A stretch of 64,000 nt of DNA from an uncultured Bacteroidales bacterium. Lineage in GTDB: Bacteria; Bacteroidota; Bacteroidia; Bacteroidales; VadinHA17. The notes under the pieces were generated by a model. The model was given only the letters and a program-made list of their open reading frames with translations. It was not told the origin of the DNA and ran no database searches. This document shows positions 1-9,389 of the stretch, in pieces; the stretch's first letter is position 1, and every line of letters starts with the position of its first letter. The position numbers were made by a program, and so were the translations under genes. Location: positions 948,340-1,012,339 of the forward strand of contig CAWGUN010000013.1 in assembly GCA_963825935.1 (NCBI GenBank), read 5' to 3'.

Positions 1-803
1 CACAGTGTTTAAACAGAGACCCGCGCATGGCTGCTACACTTGTTGACTCCATAAGGATCAACCAGGCTCATTCCGGATATTCAACCACCGGTTTTCTTTG
101 CCTGAAGTTCCTCCCTTATACTGCCAATAATATAGATCTGATTTATAATAGTTCCACAAATGTTACTGACGCCCCTGTAATCAGATATGGCGAGGTTCTT
201 CTTAATTACGCAGAAGCTGTGGCTGAACTTGGCCAGTTCATCCAGGCTGATGCAGACATGACTATCAACAAACTGCGCAACAGGAACATTAAGAAGAACA
301 ACATTGGTGCTGTGCTTCCGAAGGTTCCTCCAATGATTGTATCAGGGAACGATGTACTTGTCGGCGGAGTTGCAATAAACGACCCTGACAGAGATCCAAC
401 GGTATCTTCACTCATCTGGGAGATTCGCAGAGAGCGATGTGTAGAACTTATGTTTGAAGGTTTCCGAAAGAACGACCTTAGTCGCTGGAAAAAGTTCGAG
501 TATCTGAAAACTATAGAGACAAGTAGCCCTACTACCTTGGGTAAGGGTGCTTACGTAGATCTGAGTAAGTTTCCAACTGCTACCAGGACTAAAATACTTG
601 CAGCCGTAAGGTTCTATTATCCTAACCCGGCTACCGAACCACTCAAAGGCTTTATCTATAATCTTTATGATGCAAACATGAGAAGGGACTGGCAACCGGG
701 TGTCGCTTATTATGAAAGGCAATACCTGAATTCTGTTCCTCTTGATCAGATCAAACTTTATAGCGATTTGGGTTACGAATTGACACAAAATCCAGGTTGG
801 TAA
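1..803 (+). CDS. RagB/SusD family nutrient-binding outer-membrane lipoprotein, C-terminal part (5' end lies outside the window)
   Basis: The frame is open from base 3. It has the SusD-typical RYGEVLLNYAEA motif and a QNPGW C-terminus. A hairpin plus T-run follows the stop. Confidence 0.8.
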   Translation, partial: QCLNRDPRMAATLVDSIRINQAHSGYSTTGFLCLKFLPYTANNIDLIYNSSTNVTDAPVIRYGEVLLNYAEAVAELGQFIQADADMTINKLRNRNIKKNNIGAVLPKVPPMIVSGNDVLVGGVAINDPDRDPTVSSLIWEIRRERCVELMFEGFRKNDLSRWKKFEYLKTIETSSPTTLGKGAYVDLSKFPTATRTKILAAVRFYYPNPATEPLKGFIYNLYDANMRRDWQPGVAYYERQYLNSVPLDQIKLYSDLGYELTQNPGW

Positions 804-830
804 TAATAAGGATATCCAAAATTAGAATTA

Positions 831-862
831 GGGGCACCAATCTGGGTGCTCCTATTTTTTTC
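831..862 (+). terminator. Rho-independent terminator after the SusD-like gene
   Basis: The stem is ggggcacc/ggtgctcc with one G-T pair, followed by tattttttttc, 28 nt after the stop codon. Confidence 0.6.
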
Positions 863-993
863 TTAAATCATTTATATAATATTTCAAAGGAGACAATTTG
901 TGAAAAACTTGCATACTTTTTTGGTCAATAATAGCCATTAATAATAATTCAATTTATAAATTTGTGAGATGTAATACAACTTTATATTCTGTT

Positions 994-2178
994 ATGAGGC
1001 TCCTGATAGTATGTATATTAATAATCCTCATACCCGGATGCAAACCCCCGGTTGTTCCGGTTACCCTGCAAAAAAATATTGATTCAATTGTACACAAATG
1101 GGTTCCTGATCAGCGTGAAGGAATTTGCATACTCAATCTGTCGATGTTAACGGGAGGAAAGGTTTTGATTAGAGGTGAAACTAATTTGCCGGAAGCCAGG
1201 GTCGAGATCACCAATTACATTGTTAATTCAGGGTATGAGTATTCTGATAGCCTTCAGGTAATCCCTGATCCGGCGGAAATCAGCAAACCCTGGGGACTTG
1301 TTTCTGTCAGCGTCTGTAATATAAAGAAAAATCCTTCCCACTCAAGTGAGCTGGTTTCCCAGGCTGTTATGGGCACACCTGTCAAAATTCTTAAGAAAGA
1401 TGGCGGCTGGATGCTTATCCAGACACCCGATTATTACATTGGTTGGTCAAATGACAGCGGAATTGAAGAACTCGATGAAAAGGAAATGGCAAAATGGAGA
1501 CTGTCAGACCGACTGATATATACTGCGAAATCAGGAGATATTCTTTCCGAAAATGATGACAGCGAAGTTATTTCCGATATTGTGTCAGGGTCAATTGTAA
1601 ATAAAATTTCAGAACGAGGGAATTATTATGTCGTTGAACTTCCCGACGCCAGGAGAGGTATAATTGATAAGAAATATTGTGAGGATTTTGAAAGATGGCG
1701 TTCAGAGACTAAGCCCGATCCCGATAAGCTGATAACTTTTGCAAAATCACTCAGAGGTTCACCCTATCTCTGGGGCGGAACATCAACCAAAATGAATGAT
1801 TGCAGCGGTTTCGTCAAAACAGTCTACTTTACATGTGGTACTATACTCGCCCGTGATGCATCACTCCAGTTTCAGCATGGTATGGCTGTCGGAATTTCAT
1901 CGTCAATAGATTCCCTTCAACCCGGGGATCTTGTTTTTTTCGGATATCGGGGTAAAAATGGTGAACAGCGAATCATCCATGTTGGAATGTATATAGGTGA
2001 TACAGAAGTAATTCATAACGCTGGTATGGTAAGCATCAACAGCCTTGACTCAACCAGGTCCAATTACAGCAAATATCTTGGGAGCACAATAAAGGGAGCA
2101 CGACGGGTGATCGGAGAGAAGTCTGAAAAGGGAATTGAAGCAATTTTCAAAAATTCCTGGTATAATTCGCTGAACTGA
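994..2178 (+). CDS. NlpC/P60 (C40) peptidoglycan endopeptidase lipoprotein with SH3b-like N-terminal domains (YkfC-like gamma-D-Glu-L-diamino-acid endopeptidase)
   Basis: Lipoprotein signal MRLLIVCILIILIPGC. Catalytic Cys context GSPYLWGGTSTKMNDCSGFVKTVY and a downstream His in IIHVGMYIGD. The ORF track starts at GTG 964; ATG 994 gives a cleaner signal peptide. Confidence 0.8.
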   Translation: MRLLIVCILIILIPGCKPPVVPVTLQKNIDSIVHKWVPDQREGICILNLSMLTGGKVLIRGETNLPEARVEITNYIVNSGYEYSDSLQVIPDPAEISKPWGLVSVSVCNIKKNPSHSSELVSQAVMGTPVKILKKDGGWMLIQTPDYYIGWSNDSGIEELDEKEMAKWRLSDRLIYTAKSGDILSENDDSEVISDIVSGSIVNKISERGNYYVVELPDARRGIIDKKYCEDFERWRSETKPDPDKLITFAKSLRGSPYLWGGTSTKMNDCSGFVKTVYFTCGTILARDASLQFQHGMAVGISSSIDSLQPGDLVFFGYRGKNGEQRIIHVGMYIGDTEVIHNAGMVSINSLDSTRSNYSKYLGSTIKGARRVIGEKSEKGIEAIFKNSWYNSLN

Positions 2179-2219
2179 AAAGGTTTAACTGGTCTGACTT
2201 TCTGTTATATTATTCACTT

Positions 2220-3377
2220 ATGAAAAAGAGGGAGTTTATTAAATATTGCGGATTACTTGCAGGATCAATTATTGTAAGCAATTCTCTTTCGTGCATTAAT
2301 GAGTCTGGTAAAAAGTCAGTTCCGGTTAAAAAGCGGGCTTTGTCGCTGAAAATAAAGTATAAGCCTTATGAACTTCAGCTGAAACATGTTTTCACACTTG
2401 CATCCGGTTCCAGAACAACAACACCCGTTGTTCTGACTGAAATAGAATATGACGGTGTCAAAGGTTATGGCGAAGCATCAATGCCTCCTTATCTTGGTGA
2501 AAGCCATGAAAGTGTATTAAGATTCCTCTCTCAGGTCAGAGTTGACCAGTTCAATGATCCGCTACTGGTTGAAGATATTCTGGATTATGTAGATAAAATT
2601 GCTCCCGGCAACTATGCTGCTAAAGCATCGGTCGATATTGCACTTCATGATCTGGTCGGGAAATTATTGGGAAAGCCCTGGTTCAGATTATGGGGACTTG
2701 ATCCTGCTAAAACCCCGTATACAAGTTTTACCATAGGAATAGACACACCTGAAGTAGTCAAACAGAAAGTTGCCGAAGCTGAACCTTACAAAGTGCTGAA
2801 AGTAAAACTTGGTCTCGGAAATGATAAAGAAATGATTGAAACTATAAGGATGGTCACTGATAAACCGATTAGTGTTGATGTTAACCAGGGATGGAAAGAC
2901 AGGGTTTATGCTCTTGAAATGGCTGAGTGGCTTAAGGAAAAGAATGTGATCTTCATTGAGCAGCCAATGCCGAAAAACCAGATTGATGATATCGGATGGC
3001 TCACACAAAATTCGCCTCTTCCGGTTATTGCAGATGAAGCAGTGCAAACTCCAGGTGATTTATTCAATATAAAAGGCATATATTCCGGGATTAATATCAA
3101 GTTAATGAAATGCGGTGGAATGGATGCCGCACATAAAATGGCACAAATAGCCAGGGCTATGGACATGAAGGTAATGATCGGGTGTATGACCGAAACTTCA
3201 TGTGCCATATCCGCCGCTGCTCAACTATCTCCTCTTGCCCACTGGGCCGACCTGGATGGTAACCTGCTAATCAGCAATGATGTCTTTAAAGGAGTTACTA
3301 TTTCTGATGGCAGAATAACACTTAACGAAAAGCCCGGAATAGGAGTTGTTGAAACAGTAAAAATATTTCAGGACTGA
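2220..3377 (+). CDS. Enolase-superfamily dipeptide epimerase (L-Ala-D/L-Glu epimerase, YkfB/YcjG-like)
   Basis: KVLKVKLG, VDVNQGW, IEQP, ADE and KLMKCGG follow the MLE-subgroup catalytic Lys and metal-ligand pattern. It sits next to the NlpC/P60 gene, as ykfB does next to ykfC. Confidence 0.8.
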   Translation: MKKREFIKYCGLLAGSIIVSNSLSCINESGKKSVPVKKRALSLKIKYKPYELQLKHVFTLASGSRTTTPVVLTEIEYDGVKGYGEASMPPYLGESHESVLRFLSQVRVDQFNDPLLVEDILDYVDKIAPGNYAAKASVDIALHDLVGKLLGKPWFRLWGLDPAKTPYTSFTIGIDTPEVVKQKVAEAEPYKVLKVKLGLGNDKEMIETIRMVTDKPISVDVNQGWKDRVYALEMAEWLKEKNVIFIEQPMPKNQIDDIGWLTQNSPLPVIADEAVQTPGDLFNIKGIYSGINIKLMKCGGMDAAHKMAQIARAMDMKVMIGCMTETSCAISAAAQLSPLAHWADLDGNLLISNDVFKGVTISDGRITLNEKPGIGVVETVKIFQD

Positions 3378-3470
3378 AAATCGTTCCATTTATCCCTTTT
3401 CTTCACATACCTTTTCTCAATGTATAGTAATATTAAAATTGTTACTTTTATGAACTTTTAGTTTCCCTTT

Positions 3471-4580
3471 ATGGAAAAAAACAGTACAAGGCTCGTTTCC
3501 CTCGACATATTCAGGGGAATGACTATCGCCTTTATGATAATCGTAAACACCCCCGGAAGCTGGAATTACGTCTATGCACCCTTAAGTCATGCCAGGTGGC
3601 ACGGTTGCACTCCGACAGACCTGGTGTTCCCATTCTTCCTTTTTATTGTTGGTGTTTCAACCTGGTATTCACTTAAGAAATACGGACACGAGGTCAATTC
3701 AGGTTCAATAATCAGGATACTGAGACGGACAGTTACAATATTTGCCCTTGGCTTGTTTCTTGCGATATTCCCGCACTTCAGCAGGGACTATTCAGCTCTT
3801 CGTATTATGGGGGTTCTTCAGCGTATTGCTTTAGCCTATTGTGTCGGTTCACTTATCTGCCTGACTGTCAAGCGTGATTATTTGTGGATAGTCATCGCAG
3901 GCATTTTGCTGTTTTACTGGGGTTTACTTGCTTTATTCGGGGGCGCAGATCCCTATAGCCTTGAAGGAAATATTGCACCCAAAGTGGATGCTGCGATACT
4001 TGGTGTCAACCATCTTTACAAAGGATTCGGGATTCCTTTCGACCCCGAAGGAATCTTAAGCACCTTACCGGCAGTCTGCACAGTTTTGATCGGTTATTAT
4101 ATTGGAGAAATAATCGGAAAAGGTCCAGCTAAGGGTAAAACTGTCCTTAAGCTCATTCTGTTTGGTACGGCATCTGTCGGCCTGGGTCTTTTGTGGAGTA
4201 TATGGTTCCCACTCAACAAACCGTTATGGACTAGCTCCTATGTCTTGTTTACCGCCGGAATTGGAATGGGGGTCCTTGCCCTGATCTATTTTATTGCCGA
4301 TGTGATCAAATTTCAGAAATGGGGTTCATTTTTTCTGGTCTTTGGCACCAATGCCCTTTTCGCATTTTTTCTTGCAGGTGTATGGACAAGGCTTATGCTG
4401 TTGTTTAAAGTAACTTCCGGCAGCTCAAAGGTGACTCTCTATACGTGGATTTATGAACATATGTGCGTACCCGTGGCTGGCAATATGAACGGCAGCCTGA
4501 TGTTCGCATTGATGCAGGTTTTGTTTATCTGGCTGATAGCGTTGGTTCTATATAAAAAGAAAGTATTTATCAGGTTATAA
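3471..4580 (+). CDS. HGSNAT-like (DUF1624/DUF5009) polytopic membrane acyltransferase
   Basis: N-terminal RLVSLDIFRGMTIAFMIIVN motif, followed by roughly 10 hydrophobic helices. Confidence 0.65.
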   Translation: MEKNSTRLVSLDIFRGMTIAFMIIVNTPGSWNYVYAPLSHARWHGCTPTDLVFPFFLFIVGVSTWYSLKKYGHEVNSGSIIRILRRTVTIFALGLFLAIFPHFSRDYSALRIMGVLQRIALAYCVGSLICLTVKRDYLWIVIAGILLFYWGLLALFGGADPYSLEGNIAPKVDAAILGVNHLYKGFGIPFDPEGILSTLPAVCTVLIGYYIGEIIGKGPAKGKTVLKLILFGTASVGLGLLWSIWFPLNKPLWTSSYVLFTAGIGMGVLALIYFIADVIKFQKWGSFFLVFGTNALFAFFLAGVWTRLMLLFKVTSGSSKVTLYTWIYEHMCVPVAGNMNGSLMFALMQVLFIWLIALVLYKKKVFIRL

Positions 4581-4582
4581 GA

Positions 4583-5617
4583 ATGGATGAAATAAGCATT
4601 ATATCAGCTGGTTACAGAAAATATTACGGAGTTTCTGAAACGAAAATTGTCCCATTGCCACGATCAGGATCGGACCGGAGATATTACAGGATTTTTAGCG
4701 GCGATAAAACAATTATCGGAGCCTATAATGCAAACCGGGAGGAAAATGATGCTTTTGTGGGATTCACTGAACATTTCCTGAAAAAACAGCTGCCGGTACC
4801 TGAGGTCTTTTGTTATATGAAGGAAAGTGATATCTATTTTCTGGAAGACCTGGGTGATATTAATTTGTATACATGGCTCCATAAGAAGCCGGATATTTCA
4901 AACTTTGACAGCAGTACAATGGCTCTTTACCGTAAAGTGCTTGACAATCTGATACTCTTTCAGACAAGGGGAATCGAAGGACTGAATCTGGACCTTTGCT
5001 ATCCCCACAGGAGCTTCGACCGCCAGTCAATGATGTGGGATATGAATTACTTCAAGTACATGTTATTGAAGCTTCTGGCAGTTCCTTTTAATGAAAGGCT
5101 CCTTGAGCATGATTTCAACTCCCTGGCCGATTATCTTCTGGAAACAGGGCAGGATTATTTTCTTTACCGGGATTTTCAGACTGCAAATATCATGATCGTA
5201 GGGGAGGAGCCATGGTTCATCGATTATCAGGGTGGAAGAAAAGGGGCCCCACAATATGATGTGGCATCATTACTGTACGATGCAAAAATCCCGATGTCGC
5301 AGACCGACAGAGAGGAGCTCCTGTGGTACTATATCGAAAAATTTTGTTCTGCCAGCAATGAGGACAATCAAAAATTCAAGGGATATTATGACGGGTTCAG
5401 CATGATCAGGATTATGCAGGCTCTTGGCGCCTTTGGATTCAGGGGTTTGTATGAACAGAAACCAACTTTTACAGATAGTATAGTTCCGGGTGTATTTCTC
5501 CTGAATGAGGTTATATTTTCTGCTGAGAATCATGTTAAGCTTCCTGAATTGTATAAGACTGTCAGATCAATTCAAAGTACTCCGACATTTCAGCAACTGG
5601 TATCAGCCACTCATTAA
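4583..5617 (+). CDS. amgK: Aminoglycoside-phosphotransferase-fold sugar kinase, AmgK-like (anomeric MurNAc/GlcNAc kinase)
   Basis: APH-type catalytic loop YRDFQTANIMI and IDYQGG. It lies directly upstream of a MurU-like nucleotidyltransferase. Confidence 0.6.
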   Translation: MDEISIISAGYRKYYGVSETKIVPLPRSGSDRRYYRIFSGDKTIIGAYNANREENDAFVGFTEHFLKKQLPVPEVFCYMKESDIYFLEDLGDINLYTWLHKKPDISNFDSSTMALYRKVLDNLILFQTRGIEGLNLDLCYPHRSFDRQSMMWDMNYFKYMLLKLLAVPFNERLLEHDFNSLADYLLETGQDYFLYRDFQTANIMIVGEEPWFIDYQGGRKGAPQYDVASLLYDAKIPMSQTDREELLWYYIEKFCSASNEDNQKFKGYYDGFSMIRIMQALGAFGFRGLYEQKPTFTDSIVPGVFLLNEVIFSAENHVKLPELYKTVRSIQSTPTFQQLVSATH

Positions 5618-5627
5618 TACCTGACCA

Positions 5628-6368
5628 ATGAAAGCAATGATACTGGCAGCAGGAAAGGGTACCAGGCTCGGGAAGCTCACTGAAAACATTCCAAAAGTTC
5701 TTCTCCAGATAAATGGTAAAAGCCTGCTGCAGCATGCTGTTGAAAAATGCACCTCGTCGGGGTTTGATGATATTATCGTTAATGTTCACCATTTTGCCGG
5801 TATGGTTGAAGATGAAATTAACAGGATGAACAGAATGGGTTTCCGGTTGACTATTTCAGATGAAAGGAAAGAACTGCTTGAAACCGCAGGAGGACTTTAT
5901 AAAGCAAGACATTTTTTTGACAAGGAACCATTCCTATTATATAATGCTGATATAATTACGGATTTTCCGATTTCTGATTTACTTGCACTTCAATTCGAAA
6001 AGAAAGGCCTTGCAACACTGGCAGTGAGGAATCGTGAAGGTAAGAGGTATTTTATGGTTAACCGGGAAGGTCTTTTGAAGGGGTGGTGCAACACTTCAAC
6101 GGGTGAGAGAATTATTGCAGGTGATGAAAATGAAGAGCTGAGCAAAATAGCTTTCTCAAGCATCCACATAATTAGTCCCGAAATTTTCAATTACATGAGT
6201 GAAGGAATCTATACCATGACGGCATTATACATGCAGCTTGCATCTGATCATAAAATTCACACGCTCCTTCATGATGACGGGTACTGGTTCAATGTTGGTA
6301 CTCCTGAAATACTCGAAGAAGCCGGGCTGTTCCTTAAATCGCATCCACCGGTTGTCGGTAGCCGGTAA
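5628..6368 (+). CDS. murU: Sugar-1-phosphate nucleotidyltransferase, MurU-like (MurNAc-alpha-1-P uridylyltransferase)
   Basis: MILAAGKGTRLG nucleotidyltransferase signature, about 245 aa, paired with the AmgK-like kinase. Confidence 0.6.
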   Translation: MKAMILAAGKGTRLGKLTENIPKVLLQINGKSLLQHAVEKCTSSGFDDIIVNVHHFAGMVEDEINRMNRMGFRLTISDERKELLETAGGLYKARHFFDKEPFLLYNADIITDFPISDLLALQFEKKGLATLAVRNREGKRYFMVNREGLLKGWCNTSTGERIIAGDENEELSKIAFSSIHIISPEIFNYMSEGIYTMTALYMQLASDHKIHTLLHDDGYWFNVGTPEILEEAGLFLKSHPPVVGSR

Positions 6369-6374
6369 CCGGTT

Positions 6375-7820
6375 TCACAGCTTCCAGAAGCTCTTTGAAA
6401 AAAGAGTAAAAATTGCGAAAATCTCCAGTCGGCCTATTAACATCAGTAGGCTGAGAATAAAAAGACTTATTTCCGGCATGTTAGCAAAGTCATATATTGG
6501 ACCTGCGTTTCCGAGTTCCGGACCGATATTGCCAAGAGATGAGGCAACTGCACTGGCTGAAGTTACCGGGTCGCTGCCGGTAAGAACTATAATTGCTGTG
6601 CCGACGAGGAAAATGAAAAGGTACAAAACAATAAAAGAAAGTACCGATAAATTAGTTTTTTCCGGCAAAGGATTATTATTAAGCCTTATTTGCAAAATAA
6701 TATTGGGATGAAGAAGCTTCCTGAAAATCAGCTTGATGTTCTTAAGGGCAACGAGATGCCTTCCCATCTTTATGCTACCGGTAGTGGAACCTGTGCTGGC
6801 GCCGGCAAAAAGCAATAAAAATATCAATATAAGGGCTTCAGGAGGCCAGAGCAGATAATCGGTTGTTTTATAGCCGGTAGTTGTTATCATTGAGATCGCA
6901 TGGAAGAATCCTTCTCTGAAGGCTGTACCGGGGGTCTTATTTGCATGGATTATAAGAATAATACTCAGAAAAACCGAAGCAATAATGGTTATAATTATAT
7001 AAAACCATAATTCTTCATTTTTTCTTATTTTATTGAATTTAAACTTTACCAGGTAATAGTAAATAACAAAGCTGACTCCTGCCAGAAACATAAAGATCAT
7101 TACAATGTACTGGCTGTAGGATGAGTAATATTGAAGGCTGTTGTTCCGTGTTGAAAAACCCCCGGTTGCGATTGTGCCAAAAGAGTGGCAGATACTGTCA
7201 AACAGGGTCATATCACCCACGTTCAGTAAAATAGTTTCAGCCAGAGTAAGCCCGACATAAACGATCAGTATCCTAAACCCGACTGCCAGGGTTTTCGGAT
7301 GGATCTTCTCTTTCATTGACGACTCGAGGCTGAAAAGCTGATAACCTGAAATCTTAAGAGTTGGCAGGATAATTATTACTGTGACAATTATGCCGATCCC
7401 TCCAATCCAGTGCGTGAGACTTCTCCAGAAAAGAATCGAAAAGGAAAGGCTTTCAACATCATTCACAATAGTTGAACCGGTTGTTGTAAAACCTGAGGAG
7501 GATTCAAAAAAAGCTTTGATAAATGAAGGAATTGATCCGGAGATAATATACGGCAAAGTTCCCAGCAGGATAAAAAGTATCCAGGATAGTGCAACAGCTA
7601 CATAACCATCACGATTACTTATATCATGCAGATCCGCTTTTATGCTGATGGTTTTGAATGCAATATAAAGCGTTCCGGTTATTAAGGATGACCACAGAAA
7701 CGGCAGCAGTGATTCTTTATATATCAGTGCAACAGGCAGGCATGCTAGAAATGAGATTGTCTCAACCAGAAGGATTGTTCCTAATATTTTGATAATAATC
7801 AACGGATTGATCAGCTTCAT
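6375..7820 (-). CDS. trkH: TrkH/KtrB family potassium uptake membrane subunit
   Basis: Four selectivity-filter-like repeats (GFTTTGST, ATGGFS, TTTGYK, TGSTTGSIK) in a polytopic membrane protein. Confidence 0.85.
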   Translation of the reverse strand: MKLINPLIIIKILGTILLVETISFLACLPVALIYKESLLPFLWSSLITGTLYIAFKTISIKADLHDISNRDGYVAVALSWILFILLGTLPYIISGSIPSFIKAFFESSSGFTTTGSTIVNDVESLSFSILFWRSLTHWIGGIGIIVTVIIILPTLKISGYQLFSLESSMKEKIHPKTLAVGFRILIVYVGLTLAETILLNVGDMTLFDSICHSFGTIATGGFSTRNNSLQYYSSYSQYIVMIFMFLAGVSFVIYYYLVKFKFNKIRKNEELWFYIIITIIASVFLSIILIIHANKTPGTAFREGFFHAISMITTTGYKTTDYLLWPPEALILIFLLLFAGASTGSTTGSIKMGRHLVALKNIKLIFRKLLHPNIILQIRLNNNPLPEKTNLSVLSFIVLYLFIFLVGTAIIVLTGSDPVTSASAVASSLGNIGPELGNAGPIYDFANMPEISLFILSLLMLIGRLEIFAIFTLFSKSFWKL

Positions 7821-8043
7821 TACCTGCTATCTGAATTTCAGGGTACAAATATAATCAGAAAAAGTTTGGTTATTCTCCTCATGTAAACCAGAAGGGATAA
7901 TCTGTTTAATATGATAAAAATCTATTGATTGGTCATTTTTATGTCTTATATTTGAGTCAGGCTTTAAAAATTCCGGAATTCAATCAGCCAGGCGTTAATA
8001 TCTATAAACTATTTAAGTTCAATTTGTTATTACTACCAGGGAA

Positions 8044-9238
8044 ATGAGAAAAGTTTTAATTATCGGAGCCGGAGGAGTCAGTTCAGTGGTTGTTCACAAG
8101 ATGGCCTCTCTTCCGGAGGTTTTCAGTGAAATAATGTTAGCCAGCCGGACAAAATCAAAATGTGATGCTATTGCAAAAAAAATCGGCAATAACAGGGTTC
8201 AGACCGCTCAGGTCGATGCGGATAAAGTGCCCCAGCTTGTAAAGCTGATAAACTCTTTCAAACCCGACATTATTGTAAATGTGGCTTTGCCTTACCAGGA
8301 TCTTCATATAATGGATGCTTGTCTCGAAACCGGCGTTGCATACCTTGATACTGCGAACTATGAGCCTCTTGAGGAAGCAAAATATGAATACAGCTGGCAG
8401 TGGGCCTACAGAGAAAGGTACAAAAAGGCAGGTATTACTGCAATACTGGGCTGCGGATTTGATCCGGGAGTGACATCAATTTACACAGCATATGCTGCAA
8501 AGCATCATTTTGATGAACTCAATTATCTCGATATTGTTGATTGTAATGCCGGAGACCACGGAAAACCTTTTGCAACAAATTTCAATCCTGAGATAAACAT
8601 CAGGGAAGTAACACAAAAGGGTAAATACTGGGAAGACGGAAAATGGATCTACACAAAGCCTCACCAGATTCATAAGCCATTGAATTATCCTGATATCGGA
8701 CCAAAGGAATCTTACCTTATTTATCATGAGGAGCTGGAATCACTGGTAAAAAATTTCCCGACTCTTAAACGTGCCAGATTCTGGATGACATTCGGACAGG
8801 AGTATCTGACACACCTCAGAGTTATCCAGAATATTGGAATGGCAGGTATTGAACCTATAATGTTCGATGGGAGAGAAATAGTCCCGATTAAGTTCCTGAA
8901 GGCAGTATTACCTGATCCGGGTGAGCTCGGCGAGAACTATAAGGGATGGACATCCATAGGCTGCCGTATCAAAGGAATAAAAAACGGGAAAAGTAAAACC
9001 TATTACATCTACAATAACTGCAGCCACGAGGCAGCCTATAAGGAAACAGGAGCCCAGGGCGTTAGTTATACCACAGGAGTACCGGCTGCCATTGGCACAA
9101 TGATGTACCTTAATGGAATCTGGAAAAAACCGGGGGTTTTCAATGTTGAAGAGTTTGATCCTGATCCCTTTATGGAACAGCTAAATCTGCTCGGGATTGC
9201 CCTGGGTGGAACTGCATGATGTTGACCTGGAATTATAA
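8044..9238 (+). CDS. Carboxy(nor)spermidine synthase/dehydrogenase (saccharopine dehydrogenase family); the last ~15 codons are displaced into the +1 frame
   Basis: Rossmann motif VLIIGAGGVSSVV. The called ORF ends at 9219 as ..LNLLGIALGGTA. The +1 frame from 9194 reads GLPWVELHDVDLEL and stops at 9236-9238, which looks like the authentic C-terminus. Confidence 0.75.
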
Positions 9239-9242
9239 AAAT

Positions 9243-9281
9243 GGTACAAGGTGCAACGGTACGACGGTGCGACGGTGCGAC
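9243..9281. repeat. Octanucleotide tandem array (GGTRCRAC), about 5 units
   Basis: ggtacaa ggtgcaac ggtacgac ggtgcgac ggtgcgac, located between the dehydrogenase and decarboxylase genes. Confidence 0.9.
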
Positions 9282-9319
9282 AGTTTAAAGGTTTTAATTC
9301 AGAGTTTTATCTGGTAAAT

Positions 9320-9365
9320 CCCCTCCTGGGAGAGCTTGTCCCGCGAAGCGGGAGGTGGGGGTGGG
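9320..9365. repeat. GC-rich palindromic (REP-like) element
   Basis: cccctcc..tcccgc-gaa-gcggga-ggtgggggtggg. The core hairpin is at 9339-9353, flanked by C-tract and G-tract arms. Confidence 0.6.
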
Positions 9366-9389
9366 TTTAAAATAAATATAACTCTTCTT

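Noticed and set aside
6238-6711. 157-aa plus-strand ORF overlapping the 3' part of trkH
   Set aside because: It lies mostly antisense to a well-supported TrkH gene. It has low-complexity, basic composition and no motif. This is a typical shadow ORF.
9336-9389. N-terminal extension of the decarboxylase ORF (MSREAGGGGGFKINITLL)
   Set aside because: It is a translation of the GC-rich palindrome and AT-rich spacer. Family-like sequence begins at the ATG at 9390.
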